Below are positions 41,060 to 50,223 of a DNA stretch of 64,000 bases, one piece after another. The notes beneath the pieces are model-generated. The model was not told the origin of the DNA. It searched no databases and saw only the letters and a list, made by a program, of their open reading frames with translations. Origin of the DNA: an uncultured Elusimicrobia bacterium (GTDB lineage Bacteria; Elusimicrobiota; Elusimicrobia; Elusimicrobiales; UBA9959). Position 1 is the first letter of the stretch. Every line of letters starts with the position of its first letter. Made by a program: the position numbers and the translations under genes. Where the stretch lies: contig CAISZM010000084.1 of the NCBI GenBank assembly GCA_903889965.1, positions 15,503-79,502 of the forward strand. The letters run 5' to 3'.

Positions 41060-43144
41060 TCAGTCCCGGACCGCGCCTTCCTGCCGCCAGGGGTGCCAGA
41101 ACTCCCTGGATTTTTCCTCAAGGCCGTCATAGCGCACCGGGTCGTTCATCTTAAGCGTCACGAGGAAGAAGAATTCCTTAACCCCGCCGGAGCGGACGCG
41201 GAAATCCCAGCGCGTGTGGAAATCGTGGAAATCCCTGTACAGCACCAGCGCCTTCTCAAAGAATCTGAAAGAATCTAACTTAAGCAGCCCGGAGGGAACG
41301 GCGCGGTAACGCAGTACGCCTTCGGCCCGCCAGCTGGAATTCTTCCAGAAATGAAAGCCGAAAGTGTTGCTGAGCACCCAGGCTTCGGAATCCGTGCTGT
41401 AGTTGGCGACCCCCAAACCGAAGTAATCCTTGCCTCCGCCGAAGTTCATCTGCGACACGAAACCGCGGTTCCCGTCCAGGAAGCTGTAAGAATCTTCAGC
41501 GTAGAGGTCCAGCGAGGGGCGAGGCGCGAAATAAGCTTCCGCCACCAGAGGGGCCAGCCGGCGCGTAAAAGAAGCGGTGTAGTAATTCCTTACGTCGAGG
41601 GAGGTGCGGGCCCGGAAATAGACGTTATGCTTCGGCATTATGAAAAGGTCGGCGAAGACGGACTCCAGCTCCTGCCCCTTGTCCGTGGAACTCACGTCCA
41701 GGGCGAAACTGTTCTCGCGCGTCCTGCGCAGCACGGAGTAGCGCAGGTCCATCGATCCCCAAAGCCTGTCGTAACGCAGGTTCAGGTTCGCCCCGTAACG
41801 GCTTACCAGCGCGTTGTCCTGGCCGGAAGCGGTGGAAATAAACACTGCCTCGTCGTAGACCGCGGACGGGGACAGGATAATATTGCGGCTGAGCGGCACC
41901 GTCTTCGAAACCGTCCACGCCCCGCGTCCTTTTTTCTGGTAGTAATCGACCCCGACATCCTTGGCGTTTTCGAAGTAACCGGTGAAGGAGTTGAGCACGG
42001 GAAGGTGCAGCACGCTGAAAGGCACCGTATTGAAATCCAGCCGTGGCGCCGATTCATAAGCCTTGACGAATTTATAGGTGTCGGTGCTGGAACGTTCGTC
42101 CCGGCCGTAGGCGCTGAAACGGGTCACGGTGTAGTTGGTCTTGCGCGTAAAGGCCATGCTGGCCTGCTTGTCAGGGCTGACGGCGAAAGGATTGGTCCGG
42201 AAAAAATCGTTATTGAACGCGGGATCCGAAATAAGCCGGAAAAAAGACTGGCTGTAGTACTGCACCGGGTCCGATTCGTTGAAACGGTTGAAGGAGTGCC
42301 AGTAGCCGCCGTTAATGCCCCAGCGGTCCGTATTCATGCCGTATTCGCGGATGCGGTACGCGGAGATGTTGCTGATATCCTTTTCCGGCAGGCGGTAATC
42401 GAACTCTCCGCCCATGCCGAGGCCTCGTTCGGAGAAGTAGTCCAGATAGGCCTTTACCCTGGTTCGCGGGTTAACGCGGTAAACATAGTTGGACTTGAGG
42501 AAGATGCCGTTGCGTTCGTCGTATCCCGGGAAGAAACTGCTTACGAACGGGGTGCCGCCTACCATTGGCTTGTAGAGCACCGGGAAATAAAAGATAGGTA
42601 TCTTGCCTATAAAGAACACGGTATTATAGGCCAGGAAATAGCGGTTCGGAGCCAGGTATATGCGCGACGCCCGCAGCCGGTAATGAGGCGGCTCCTCGTC
42701 GCAGCTGGTCAGGCTGGCCTGCTTGTAGATGTAGTTCGTCTTGTCAAATTCCACCACGCGGCCGCGGAATATGAAATTTTTGTAGAGGAAACGGCCTTCG
42801 TTTATGTGCCCCGACTCCGTGCCGTAATCCATAAAGCCGCTCTTGCCGTAAACCGTGCCGGTATCGTCGTCCATCACGAAGTCCTGCGGAGCGGTCACCG
42901 TGTGGCTGGCCATGTCCACGCTGAGGTTCCTGGCCCTTATCAGTTTTGAAGGCCTGTCGGCCGCGGAGAACTCTTCAAGGCGGACGTTCCCGGCCAGGTC
43001 TATAACCCTCGAGTACTCGTTGAACTGGGCATAGTCGGCCTCGAAACTGACGTGGTGGGTTCCGGTGGAAGACGGCAGGTCGTACGCGCCGGCCGGCACG
43101 GCCGCCGCTGCGATAAGAAGCGCGCTGATAAAATATTTATTCAT
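41060..43144 (-). CDS. lptD: LPS-assembly protein LptD (OstA family)
   Basis: Signal peptide, OstA-like N-terminal beta-jellyroll, the TSCD...PPHYRLRASRIYL motif, and a large C-terminal barrel. Confidence 0.75.
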   Translation of the reverse strand: MNKYFISALLIAAAAVPAGAYDLPSSTGTHHVSFEADYAQFNEYSRVIDLAGNVRLEEFSAADRPSKLIRARNLSVDMASHTVTAPQDFVMDDDTGTVYGKSGFMDYGTESGHINEGRFLYKNFIFRGRVVEFDKTNYIYKQASLTSCDEEPPHYRLRASRIYLAPNRYFLAYNTVFFIGKIPIFYFPVLYKPMVGGTPFVSSFFPGYDERNGIFLKSNYVYRVNPRTRVKAYLDYFSERGLGMGGEFDYRLPEKDISNISAYRIREYGMNTDRWGINGGYWHSFNRFNESDPVQYYSQSFFRLISDPAFNNDFFRTNPFAVSPDKQASMAFTRKTNYTVTRFSAYGRDERSSTDTYKFVKAYESAPRLDFNTVPFSVLHLPVLNSFTGYFENAKDVGVDYYQKKGRGAWTVSKTVPLSRNIILSPSAVYDEAVFISTASGQDNALVSRYGANLNLRYDRLWGSMDLRYSVLRRTRENSFALDVSSTDKGQELESVFADLFIMPKHNVYFRARTSLDVRNYYTASFTRRLAPLVAEAYFAPRPSLDLYAEDSYSFLDGNRGFVSQMNFGGGKDYFGLGVANYSTDSEAWVLSNTFGFHFWKNSSWRAEGVLRYRAVPSGLLKLDSFRFFEKALVLYRDFHDFHTRWDFRVRSGGVKEFFFLVTLKMNDPVRYDGLEEKSREFWHPWRQEGAVRD

Positions 43145-43204
43145 CTATCCCACTGGATCCCCGATCTCCGGATTTTAAATCTGATAATCCTGGATCCTTG
43201 CCCC

Positions 43205-44149
43205 TCACTTCAGCGTTCTTTCCAGCCCGAAAAGCGCCGCGCCGTGCGAGCCAAGGTCCACATTATCCGAAACCTTTATCTTTACCTTCGCGAAGGGCGT
43301 GACTATCTGCTGGGAGCCCATCACTTTCTCCATCGCGGGGAGGAACCAGCGCCTGGCTTTCGAGACGCCGCCGGTCAGCACCACGCAGCCGGGGTTCAGC
43401 ACCAGTATCAGGCCAGCCAGCCCCATGCCGAGATAATGCCCGGTTTCCGCCCATACCTGCCTTGCGGCCCGGTGGCCGGCCACCGCGGCGTTGGTCAGGC
43501 ATATCGTATTGAATTTTTCGTGGCCCGGCGCGGCGAACTTCCTCACAAAAGCGGCCTCATCTTTTATAAGTTCCCCGGCCCTGGCCATAATGGCGTAGCT
43601 GCCGCAGTAGGCTTCAAGACAGCCGCGAGCACCGCAATTGCAGCGCCGCCCGCCCGGCTCGATCTTAAGGTGTCCGGCCTCCCCGGCCGAACCGTTCGCG
43701 CCGTGGTAAAGTTTCCCGTCCAGCACCAGGCCGGAACCTATGCCGGTGCCCAGCGTCAGCGTCAGGATATCCCCGCTCTTTCTGCCAAGTTCAAGTTCGT
43801 AAGCGCCCCAGGCGGCCATATTGGCGTCGTTCTCCATCACGCAGGGCAGGCCGGTCAGTTTCTCAAGCGGCCCGGCTATCCTGACCGAACGCCAGCCGAG
43901 GTTGGGAGAAAACCTCAGCAGCCCTCTCTGCGGGTCCACGTCACCGGCCGCGCCTATGCCTATGGAGACCAGCTGCCTGCCGTAATCCCTCTGGAAGACA
44001 GCCACCGCGGCGGCCAGCCTGCGCACCAGGTCGGAGACGCCTTTTGCCGCCTCCGTGCGGAACCTTTCCTGCGCGATAAGCTTTCCCGCCCGGTTTACCA
44101 CCACCAGCTTGGTGTTAGTGCCGCCTATGTCTATACCTATGCCTAGCAT
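43205..44149 (-). CDS. ROK-family glucokinase
   Basis: N-terminus IGIDIGGTNTKL and the ROK Cys motif CNCGARGCLEAY. 314 aa. Confidence 0.85.
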   Translation of the reverse strand: MLGIGIDIGGTNTKLVVVNRAGKLIAQERFRTEAAKGVSDLVRRLAAAVAVFQRDYGRQLVSIGIGAAGDVDPQRGLLRFSPNLGWRSVRIAGPLEKLTGLPCVMENDANMAAWGAYELELGRKSGDILTLTLGTGIGSGLVLDGKLYHGANGSAGEAGHLKIEPGGRRCNCGARGCLEAYCGSYAIMARAGELIKDEAAFVRKFAAPGHEKFNTICLTNAAVAGHRAARQVWAETGHYLGMGLAGLILVLNPGCVVLTGGVSKARRWFLPAMEKVMGSQQIVTPFAKVKIKVSDNVDLGSHGAALFGLERTLK

Positions 44150-45450
44150 GATGTCTCCTGTACCGCCCGCTGCCTGCTTTCCCCGAGCCTCTCCAGCGCC
44201 GCGCCCGCCAGGTAGAAAGACCCTATCACGGCCGCCGTTCCGGAACGGGATGCGGCCGAAAGAGCTGCAAAGATATCCTCCTCAACCTCCACCTCCGCGT
44301 CAGGCCGGATCGCCGAAAGTTCGTCCGCCAGGGCGCATGGATCCGCCGCCCGGTAAAAGTCAGGCCTGGTAAAGATGAATTTCCCCGCGAGCGGGGCCAG
44401 CGTCGCAAGTATGCCGCGGCGCTCCTTGTCCTGCAATATGCCCATAACGAAGGCTGCGGGTTTGGCGGCGAAAGGCGAGGCCAGCCAGTTGCGCGCGAAA
44501 GCTCGCACGGCTTCTTCGTTGTGCGCCCCGTCCACTACGAAAAGGGCTCCGCCCAGCCCCGGCCCGCCGCGCACGACCTGGAACCTGCCCGGCCAGCGGA
44601 CGCTTTCGAAACCGGCCGCGGCATGGACCCGGCTTATCGGCCAGCCCAGCCCTCGCATTATTTCAAGCCCTTCCCATACCAGGGTGGCGTTCGAAACCTG
44701 CGGTTCGCCGAGTATGCCGAAAGGAAAAGTTTGCCCCGTCTTCTTATGGCGGAGCAGCATCCGGCTGTTTTCCCAGTCGCGCGAAACTATCTCGAAAGCC
44801 GGCGCGAAAAAATGGCATTGTGCGCCTTTTTCAGCGGCCTCCGCGGATATCTCGGCGCGCGCCTCGGGCGACAGTATCGGGGCCACGCATATGCCGCCCC
44901 GCTTTATTATCCCGGCCTTCTGCGCGGCTATCTCCGAAAGCGTGCCGCCCAGGTATTTCTTGTGATCATAATCCACAGAAGTGATGACGCTGAGCTCCGG
45001 CTTTGGCAGCACGTTGGTGGTATCCCAGCGGCCCCCTATACCCACCTCCACAACGGCCAGATCTACGCCTTCCCGTTCAAAGAACAGGAAAGCCATGCAG
45101 GTGAGGATTTCGAAAAAACCGAGGCCTGGCCCCGCGCTTAAGACTTCTTCGAAAAGCCCTGCGAATACGGCTTCGGGTATATTTTCCCCGTTAAGCTGTA
45201 TGCGCTCGGTTATGCTGACCAGGTGCGGGGAAATGAACAGCCCGGTTTTAAGCCCCGCGGCCCGGGCGGACGCCTCGAAAAGCGCGCAGACGGAGCCTTT
45301 GCCGTTAGTGCCGGTCACGTGCACGGTTTTAAGCTTAAGGTGCGGGTTGCCCAGCTTCGCCAGGCAGTCGTGAACTGCGGCCAGGGCGTCCTTCTTAACG
45401 AAGTCCCGCCGCGAAATGAGCATTTTTCCGGCCTCTTCAAAAGAGATCAT
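44143..45450 (-). CDS. folC: bifunctional folylpolyglutamate synthase / dihydrofolate synthase
   Basis: Mur-ligase P-loop VTGTNGKGS. 435 aa. TAG stop overlapping the glucokinase start. Confidence 0.85.
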   Translation of the reverse strand: MISFEEAGKMLISRRDFVKKDALAAVHDCLAKLGNPHLKLKTVHVTGTNGKGSVCALFEASARAAGLKTGLFISPHLVSITERIQLNGENIPEAVFAGLFEEVLSAGPGLGFFEILTCMAFLFFEREGVDLAVVEVGIGGRWDTTNVLPKPELSVITSVDYDHKKYLGGTLSEIAAQKAGIIKRGGICVAPILSPEARAEISAEAAEKGAQCHFFAPAFEIVSRDWENSRMLLRHKKTGQTFPFGILGEPQVSNATLVWEGLEIMRGLGWPISRVHAAAGFESVRWPGRFQVVRGGPGLGGALFVVDGAHNEEAVRAFARNWLASPFAAKPAAFVMGILQDKERRGILATLAPLAGKFIFTRPDFYRAADPCALADELSAIRPDAEVEVEEDIFAALSAASRSGTAAVIGSFYLAGAALERLGESRQRAVQETSC

Positions 45451-45487
45451 AGGTGATTTTCAGGATCCGGCTGCGCCGTCCCGCCCG

Positions 45488-46744
45488 CTAGGCTTTTACG
45501 CGCGACACATCCACACCAAGGTCCTTTAATTTATGTTCCAGCTTCTCGTAGCCGCGGTCTATGTGGTAAATGCGGCGTATGACCGACTTTCCCCTGGCCG
45601 AAGCCGCGGCCACCACCATGGCGGCGCCGGCCCGTATGTCGGAAGCCATCACCGGGGCGCCCAGCAGCGCCGGGACGCCGCGTATCACGGCGTTCCTGTC
45701 CGTCACCGTTATATCCGCTCCCATGCGCAGCAGCTCCGGCGCCTGCATGAAGCGGTTCTCGAATATCTGCTCGCGCACCTCGCAGACGCCGTTGGCCCGC
45801 GCCATGAACGCCATCCAGGGCGCCTGCAGGTCGGTCGGGAACCCGGGGTGCGGCTTTGTCTCCACGCTCACGGGTCGGGGGCGGCCGAGCGGCGCTATCA
45901 CTTCCATTGAGTCCTTAAAAGTATTTATCTTCACCCCCGCTTTTTTCATCGCCCTTATCAGGGCCTCCAGCGTCTTAGGCGCCGTATTAAGCAGTTTGAT
46001 GCGTCCGCCGGCGGAAGCGCAAAGCAGCATAAAGGTGCCGGTCTCCACGCGGTCAGGCATCACCGTGTAATTGAGGCCTTTAAGCCGGGCCGCGCCTTTT
46101 ATCTTTACGACCGGTGAGCCCGCTCCGGTTACCGACGCGCCCATCTTATTGAGCGCTCCCGCCAGGTCCTCTATTTCCGGCTCGCGGGCGCAGTTTTCAA
46201 GAGTGGTCTCGCCCTCTATAAGGGCGGCGCACATCATAAGGTTCTCGGTCGCCCCCACGCTCGGAAAACGGAACTTAACGCGGCACGCCTTTAATTTCTT
46301 GGCGGAAAGTATCACGTCGCCTTTTTCATAGGAGACCTGCGCACCCAGCTTTTTGAAGCCTTCGAGGTGTATATCTATCGGCCGCATCCCGATGGAGCAG
46401 CCGCCGGGCAGGGAGAAACGGACCTTTTTGAAACGCGCGAGCAGCGGCCCGGCGACCAGGACGGAGGCGCGCATCTTGCGCACCAGGTCGTAGGGAGCGT
46501 GCTGCTTTAACTGGCCGTGCTCCTCGGCCACGAAGCTGCCGTAGCCGTAAAAACAGTTTTTTCCCAGGTAGTTCAGGAGTTCGAACGTCGACTTGACGTC
46601 CATCAGTTCAGGCACGTTCCTGACCTCGCATTTTTCGCTCGTGAGCAGGGTAGCTGCCAGTATCGGCAGCGCCGCGTTCTTTGACCCGCTGATAACGGTC
46701 TGCCCGCTAAGGGGCTTGCCGCCCCGTATAATAAAATTATCCAT
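45488..46744 (-). CDS. murA: UDP-N-acetylglucosamine 1-carboxyvinyltransferase
   Basis: 418 aa. N-terminus FIIRGGKPLSGQTVISGSKNAALPILAA, with the active-site Cys in the LPGGCSIG loop. Confidence 0.95.
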   Translation of the reverse strand: MDNFIIRGGKPLSGQTVISGSKNAALPILAATLLTSEKCEVRNVPELMDVKSTFELLNYLGKNCFYGYGSFVAEEHGQLKQHAPYDLVRKMRASVLVAGPLLARFKKVRFSLPGGCSIGMRPIDIHLEGFKKLGAQVSYEKGDVILSAKKLKACRVKFRFPSVGATENLMMCAALIEGETTLENCAREPEIEDLAGALNKMGASVTGAGSPVVKIKGAARLKGLNYTVMPDRVETGTFMLLCASAGGRIKLLNTAPKTLEALIRAMKKAGVKINTFKDSMEVIAPLGRPRPVSVETKPHPGFPTDLQAPWMAFMARANGVCEVREQIFENRFMQAPELLRMGADITVTDRNAVIRGVPALLGAPVMASDIRAGAAMVVAAASARGKSVIRRIYHIDRGYEKLEHKLKDLGVDVSRVKA

Positions 46745-46764
46745 AAATTCTCCGTACCATAAAT

Positions 46765-46796
46765 ATTATCAGATTATCAGATTATCAGATTATTGG
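46765..46796. repeat. 8-bp tandem repeat (ATTATCAG x3 plus a degenerate fourth unit) in the AT-rich murA upstream region
   Basis: Read directly: ATTATCAG ATTATCAG ATTATCAG ATTATTGG. Nearby are GATTATYGGATT x2 (46788-46799 and 46811-46822) and CTTCAAT x2 (46850-46863). Confidence 0.9.
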
Positions 46797-46864
46797 ATTC
46801 AAGGTTATAAGATTATCGGATTGGGAAGCGTGGTATTGCGGAATCTTATCTTCAATCTTCAATC

Positions 46865-47707
46865 CTATATCCTGACCCCGAAAACAAATCTTTCTATCCC
46901 GTTGAAATCCCTGAAGGTTCGCTTCTCTTTCCACACTTTCGGGGACATGGCCGCGAGCATTTTCGGCGCCTGCGTCCCGCCAAGCTCCAGGATGAGCGCG
47001 CCGCCGGGCTTCAGCCTGGACGGGGCCTTTGACAGCAGCATTCTCACCACGTCAAGGCCGTCGCCGCCGCCGTCGAGAGCCATGCGGGGCTCGCTCAGCA
47101 CCTCAGGGGAAAGCCCGGGTATGACCCGCGAGGGGATATACGGCGGGTTGGAAACTATCAGGTCGAACCGTCCCCTGACCGGCGCGAGCGTAGAAGCCCT
47201 GACGAATTTTACCCTGGCGGCCAGACCGAGATTGGCGGCGTTCAGCCTCGCGCAGGCTATGGCCCGCGCCGACTTTTCGGCCGCGGTCAGGCGCAGACAC
47301 GGGAACTTAACGGCCAGCCACAGGCCTATAGCCCCGCTCCCGGCGCCGTAATCCAGCGCCGAGGGGGCGTTTCCGCGGCCGCGCAGGAAGTCCGCGGCGA
47401 TCCCGGCCAGTTCTTCGGTCTCAGGGCGGGGAACAAGCACCCGCTTGTCCACCTTTAAGCGTATGTCGCGGAAATCGTGCCAGCCGAGTATGTAAGCCAA
47501 AGGCAAACCCTGCTCCTTAAGCGCCAGGTTTTTCTCGAATTCTTTCATGGCCGAGGCCGGCACCGGCAGGTCCGGTTCGGCAAGCAGTTGCAGGCGCGCT
47601 ACCCCCAGCGCGTCAGCTAGCAGCCACTGGGCGTTAGGGCCCGGCTCGTCCACGCCGCGCGAGTTAAGGCGCGCGACGGCGTCAATCAGCGTTTTGCCCG
47701 CTTTCAT
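46865..47707 (-). CDS. prmC: release-factor glutamine N5-methyltransferase
   Basis: NPPY motif (IVSNPPYIP) and SAM motif [11 protein letters not shown]. Lies downstream of prfA, as is usual. Confidence 0.9.
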   Translation of the reverse strand: MKAGKTLIDAVARLNSRGVDEPGPNAQWLLADALGVARLQLLAEPDLPVPASAMKEFEKNLALKEQGLPLAYILGWHDFRDIRLKVDKRVLVPRPETEELAGIAADFLRGRGNAPSALDYGAGSGAIGLWLAVKFPCLRLTAAEKSARAIACARLNAANLGLAARVKFVRASTLAPVRGRFDLIVSNPPYIPSRVIPGLSPEVLSEPRMALDGGGDGLDVVRMLLSKAPSRLKPGGALILELGGTQAPKMLAAMSPKVWKEKRTFRDFNGIERFVFGVRI

Positions 47708-48756
47708 TTTCCTTTTTCCTGCCGATATTGAGCTTCAGCTCTTCGAGCATATCCCTGATATTGCCTTCCATCATCTCGGTCATGTTATACCAGGACATCT
47801 GCACCCTGTGGTCGGTAACCCGGTTCTGCGGAAAGTTGTAGGTGCGTATTTTTTCCGAGCGGTCGCCCGTTCCCACCTGTTTCTTGCGCTCGCCAGCGGT
47901 GGATTTAGCCTGGCTCTCCGAACTCATCTGCGCGAGTTTGGCGGCCAGCAGCGCCATGGCCTTCATCCTGTTCTGGCCCTGCGAACGCTCCTGCTGGCAT
48001 TGCGTAATAACTCCGGTGGGGATGTGAGTGATGCGTACGGCGGTCTCCACTTTGTTGACGTTCTGCCCGCCGGCTCCCCCCGGAGCGGTAAGTGTCCATC
48101 TTCAGGTCTTTCGGATTTATCTTTATCTCCACTTCGTCTATTTCGGTCATGATGGCCACGGTGACAGTGGAGGTGTGCACGCGGCCCGAGGCCTCGGTCT
48201 GCGGCACGCGCTGCACGCGGTGCACGCCGCCCTCGTACTTGAACCAGGAGTAAGCGTCCTGCCCGGAGACGTAGAGCACGGCGTATTTTATGCCTTTCAG
48301 GCCCGTGGCGGAGAGATCGCGCAGCTCCGCTTTCAGGCCTATGCTCTGGGCGAAACGGGTATACATGCGCAGAAGGTCGGCCGCGAAAAGGGCGGATTCG
48401 TCGCCGCCTACTCCGGCGCGGATCTCCAGGAAGATGTTTTTCGGATCTGACGGGTCCGGCGGAATTATCAGGAGATTTAGTTTTTTGGCGAGGGAGGCGG
48501 CTTTGCCTTCGAGAGCGGGGAGTTCCGAGGCGGCCAGTTCCGCCATTTCCTTGTCGGTGCTGGAGACCATCTGCCGGGTTCCCTCGGCCTCTTTTTCGGC
48601 TTTCTCGAGGACAGCCGCGGTTTCCAGTATCTGGCGGCAGGCGGAGTGACGCCTGGAAAGCTTCTCTATGTCGCCAGAGCTCAGACCGCCCGAAGCAAGG
48701 CGGGCCTCTGTTTCGTCGAATTCCCTTTTTATGGCGCCTAATTCTTTTTCAAGCAT
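47682..48756 (-). pseudogene. prfA: peptide chain release factor 1, reading frame interrupted by one extra base in a G6 run immediately before the GGQ motif
   Basis: ORF 47905..48756 reads RF1 up to ...DTYRSGG. The +1 frame then continues [32 protein letters not shown]... (ORF 47682..48050). The C6 run on the plus strand is at 48076-48081. Confidence 0.8.
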
Positions 48757-48806
48757 AAGGGAGGCTGACCCGGATAAACTCTAAAGCCCCGGTCCCGGCC
48801 GGACAT

Positions 48807-48840
48807 AAAAAAACGGGCGCCCCATCACAGGAGCGCCCGT
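48807..48840 (-). terminator. rho-independent terminator after rpmE
   Basis: Minus strand reads GACGGGCGCTC-loop-GGGCGCCCGT followed by TTTTTTT. Confidence 0.55.
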
Positions 48841-48853
48841 CAAAAGCGCGAAG

Positions 48854-49219
48854 CTACTTCGCTTCTTCTTTCTTTTCCACCTTGGGCGCCGCGGCCTTGG
48901 CTGCTTTAGCGTCGGCTTTCTTGGCGGGCGCGGAGGAAAGCACCTTGCGCTTGACGACCTGGCGCGGCGTAACCGCTTTCACGGTGACCTTCTTGACCTT
49001 GCGCGCTACCATCTTGCCATCGGTGGCGGAGAATTTCTTCTGGAATTTCTCGATGCGGCCGGCGGTGTCCAGCAGTTTCTGCTTGCCGGTATAGAAAGGG
49101 TGGCAGGCGGAGCAGGTTTCAACTTTTATGGACGGCTTCACCGAGCGTGTCTGGAAAGCGTTTCCGCAGACGCAGGTCACTTCGCAAAGGTTGTAGCTGG
49201 GGTGTATGTCGTTTTTCAT
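48854..49219 (-). CDS. rpmE: 50S ribosomal protein L31 (Zn-binding type A) with a ~55 aa Lys/Ala-rich C-terminal extension
   Basis: Canonical MKNDIHPSY...CVCG...[13 protein letters not shown]...RIEKFQKKF, followed by [10 protein letters not shown]...[22 protein letters not shown]. Confidence 0.9.
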   Translation of the reverse strand: MKNDIHPSYNLCEVTCVCGNAFQTRSVKPSIKVETCSACHPFYTGKQKLLDTAGRIEKFQKKFSATDGKMVARKVKKVTVKAVTPRQVVKRKVLSSAPAKKADAKAAKAAAPKVEKKEEAK

Positions 49220-49263
49220 TGTCTTTTCCTCTAAAATATGTCAACTGAACATAAATTATAGCA

Positions 49264-49290
49264 TAAAACCGGGCTCGCACCAGAGCCCGC
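49264..49290 (-). terminator. possible rho-independent terminator after the M23 peptidase gene
   Basis: Minus strand GCGGGCTC-TGGTGC-GAGCCCGG followed by TTTT. The stem is imperfect. Confidence 0.4.
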
Positions 49291-49301
49291 GGCGCCTGCG
49301 C

Positions 49302-50222
49302 TCACTTCCTTCCTATTTTCGCCATCGGGTTGACCGACTTGCCGGCGGCCGTGATTATTTCGAAGTGCAGGTGGGGGCCCGTGGATAAGCCGGTGGACCC
49401 CACCTTGCCCAGAAGGGTTTTGGACTTCTGCACGGTATCCCCGACCGCCACCTTCACCGCGGAAAGATGGCCGTAGCGGCACATGGAGCCGTCCTTGTGG
49501 CGCACCTCGACGGTATTACCGTAACCGCCCTTCCAGCCCGCGAAGGCCACTACCCCGGAGCGGGCCGGGTAAACAGCGGTGCCTATGGGCATGGGGATGT
49601 CGCAGCCGCTATGGAATATCTTGCGTTTAAGTATGGGATGGTAACGCATGCCGAAAGAGGAGCTGATGCGCCCGTAATTCCTGAGCGGCATGTGGTAGGT
49701 ATCCAGGTCCACGTATACGTCCGGCAGGTATACCCTCTCGCCCTTCATGAACTTGTGGTTCACGAGCAGCGCCGAGGGCGGCAGGTCGTTGTCTTCAACT
49801 ATCTCCGCCCTGAAAGACTTAAGGTCGCGCCCCTTGGCGAGGTAGCGCCCGGCTATCCCGTCCAGCGTCTCGCCGTTAGCCGTAACCTCGTAAAGCAGGC
49901 CTTTGCCGTTATGCACCCTTATATATCCGCCGCGCGACATAAAAATGAACTCGTTGGAGTTGGTGCTCTGCAGCGAGCGCACGTCGGTGCCGTAAGCGGT
50001 GGCTATCGAGCGCACGTTGTCGCCGTTGACCACTTTATGGCGGGCGTTTATCAGGCGGGGTATCTTCCTGAAGGCCTCCGGCGGAGGCTCCGCGGGTCCC
50101 GGGGGCGTAAGCACCGAAAACCTGGCATAGGGGAAAGCGGGCACCACCGGGGCTATGGCGGCCGAGATAGCCGCCATCCCCAGAAGTATTCCCGCGGCAA
50201 GTTTCCACCTGCTCAGGTTCAT
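49302..50222 (-). CDS. M23-family metallopeptidase (LysM-like segment plus LytM domain)
   Basis: HxxxD and HxH motifs (FHSGCDIP...; GPHLHFEI). The start is taken at MNLSRWKLAAGILLG (ATG 50222), just after the rho stop. Confidence 0.8.
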   Translation of the reverse strand: MNLSRWKLAAGILLGMAAISAAIAPVVPAFPYARFSVLTPPGPAEPPPEAFRKIPRLINARHKVVNGDNVRSIATAYGTDVRSLQSTNSNEFIFMSRGGYIRVHNGKGLLYEVTANGETLDGIAGRYLAKGRDLKSFRAEIVEDNDLPPSALLVNHKFMKGERVYLPDVYVDLDTYHMPLRNYGRISSSFGMRYHPILKRKIFHSGCDIPMPIGTAVYPARSGVVAFAGWKGGYGNTVEVRHKDGSMCRYGHLSAVKVAVGDTVQKSKTLLGKVGSTGLSTGPHLHFEIITAAGKSVNPMAKIGRK

Positions 50223-50223
50223 A

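Noticed and set aside
43145-43204. CTGGATCC direct repeat (43152-43159 and 43190-43197) and a TCCGGA palindrome upstream of lptD as a specific operator.
   Set aside because: These 8-bp and 6-bp matches in a 60-bp region are within chance expectation. I mention them only in connection with the GATAATC motif.
46765-46796. Possibility that the 8-bp tandem repeat (46765..46796) or the 23-bp direct repeat (56291..56359) are CRISPR arrays.
   Set aside because: The units are far too short or too few (8-bp contiguous units; only two 23-bp copies). There are no cas genes in the window, and both sit in promoter regions.
47682-48756. The idea that the prfA frameshift signals loss of RF1 and reassignment of UAG.
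   Set aside because: TAG is used as the stop codon of at least four well-defined genes in this window (tdk, folC, the response regulator, smc), each ending at the expected family C-terminus.
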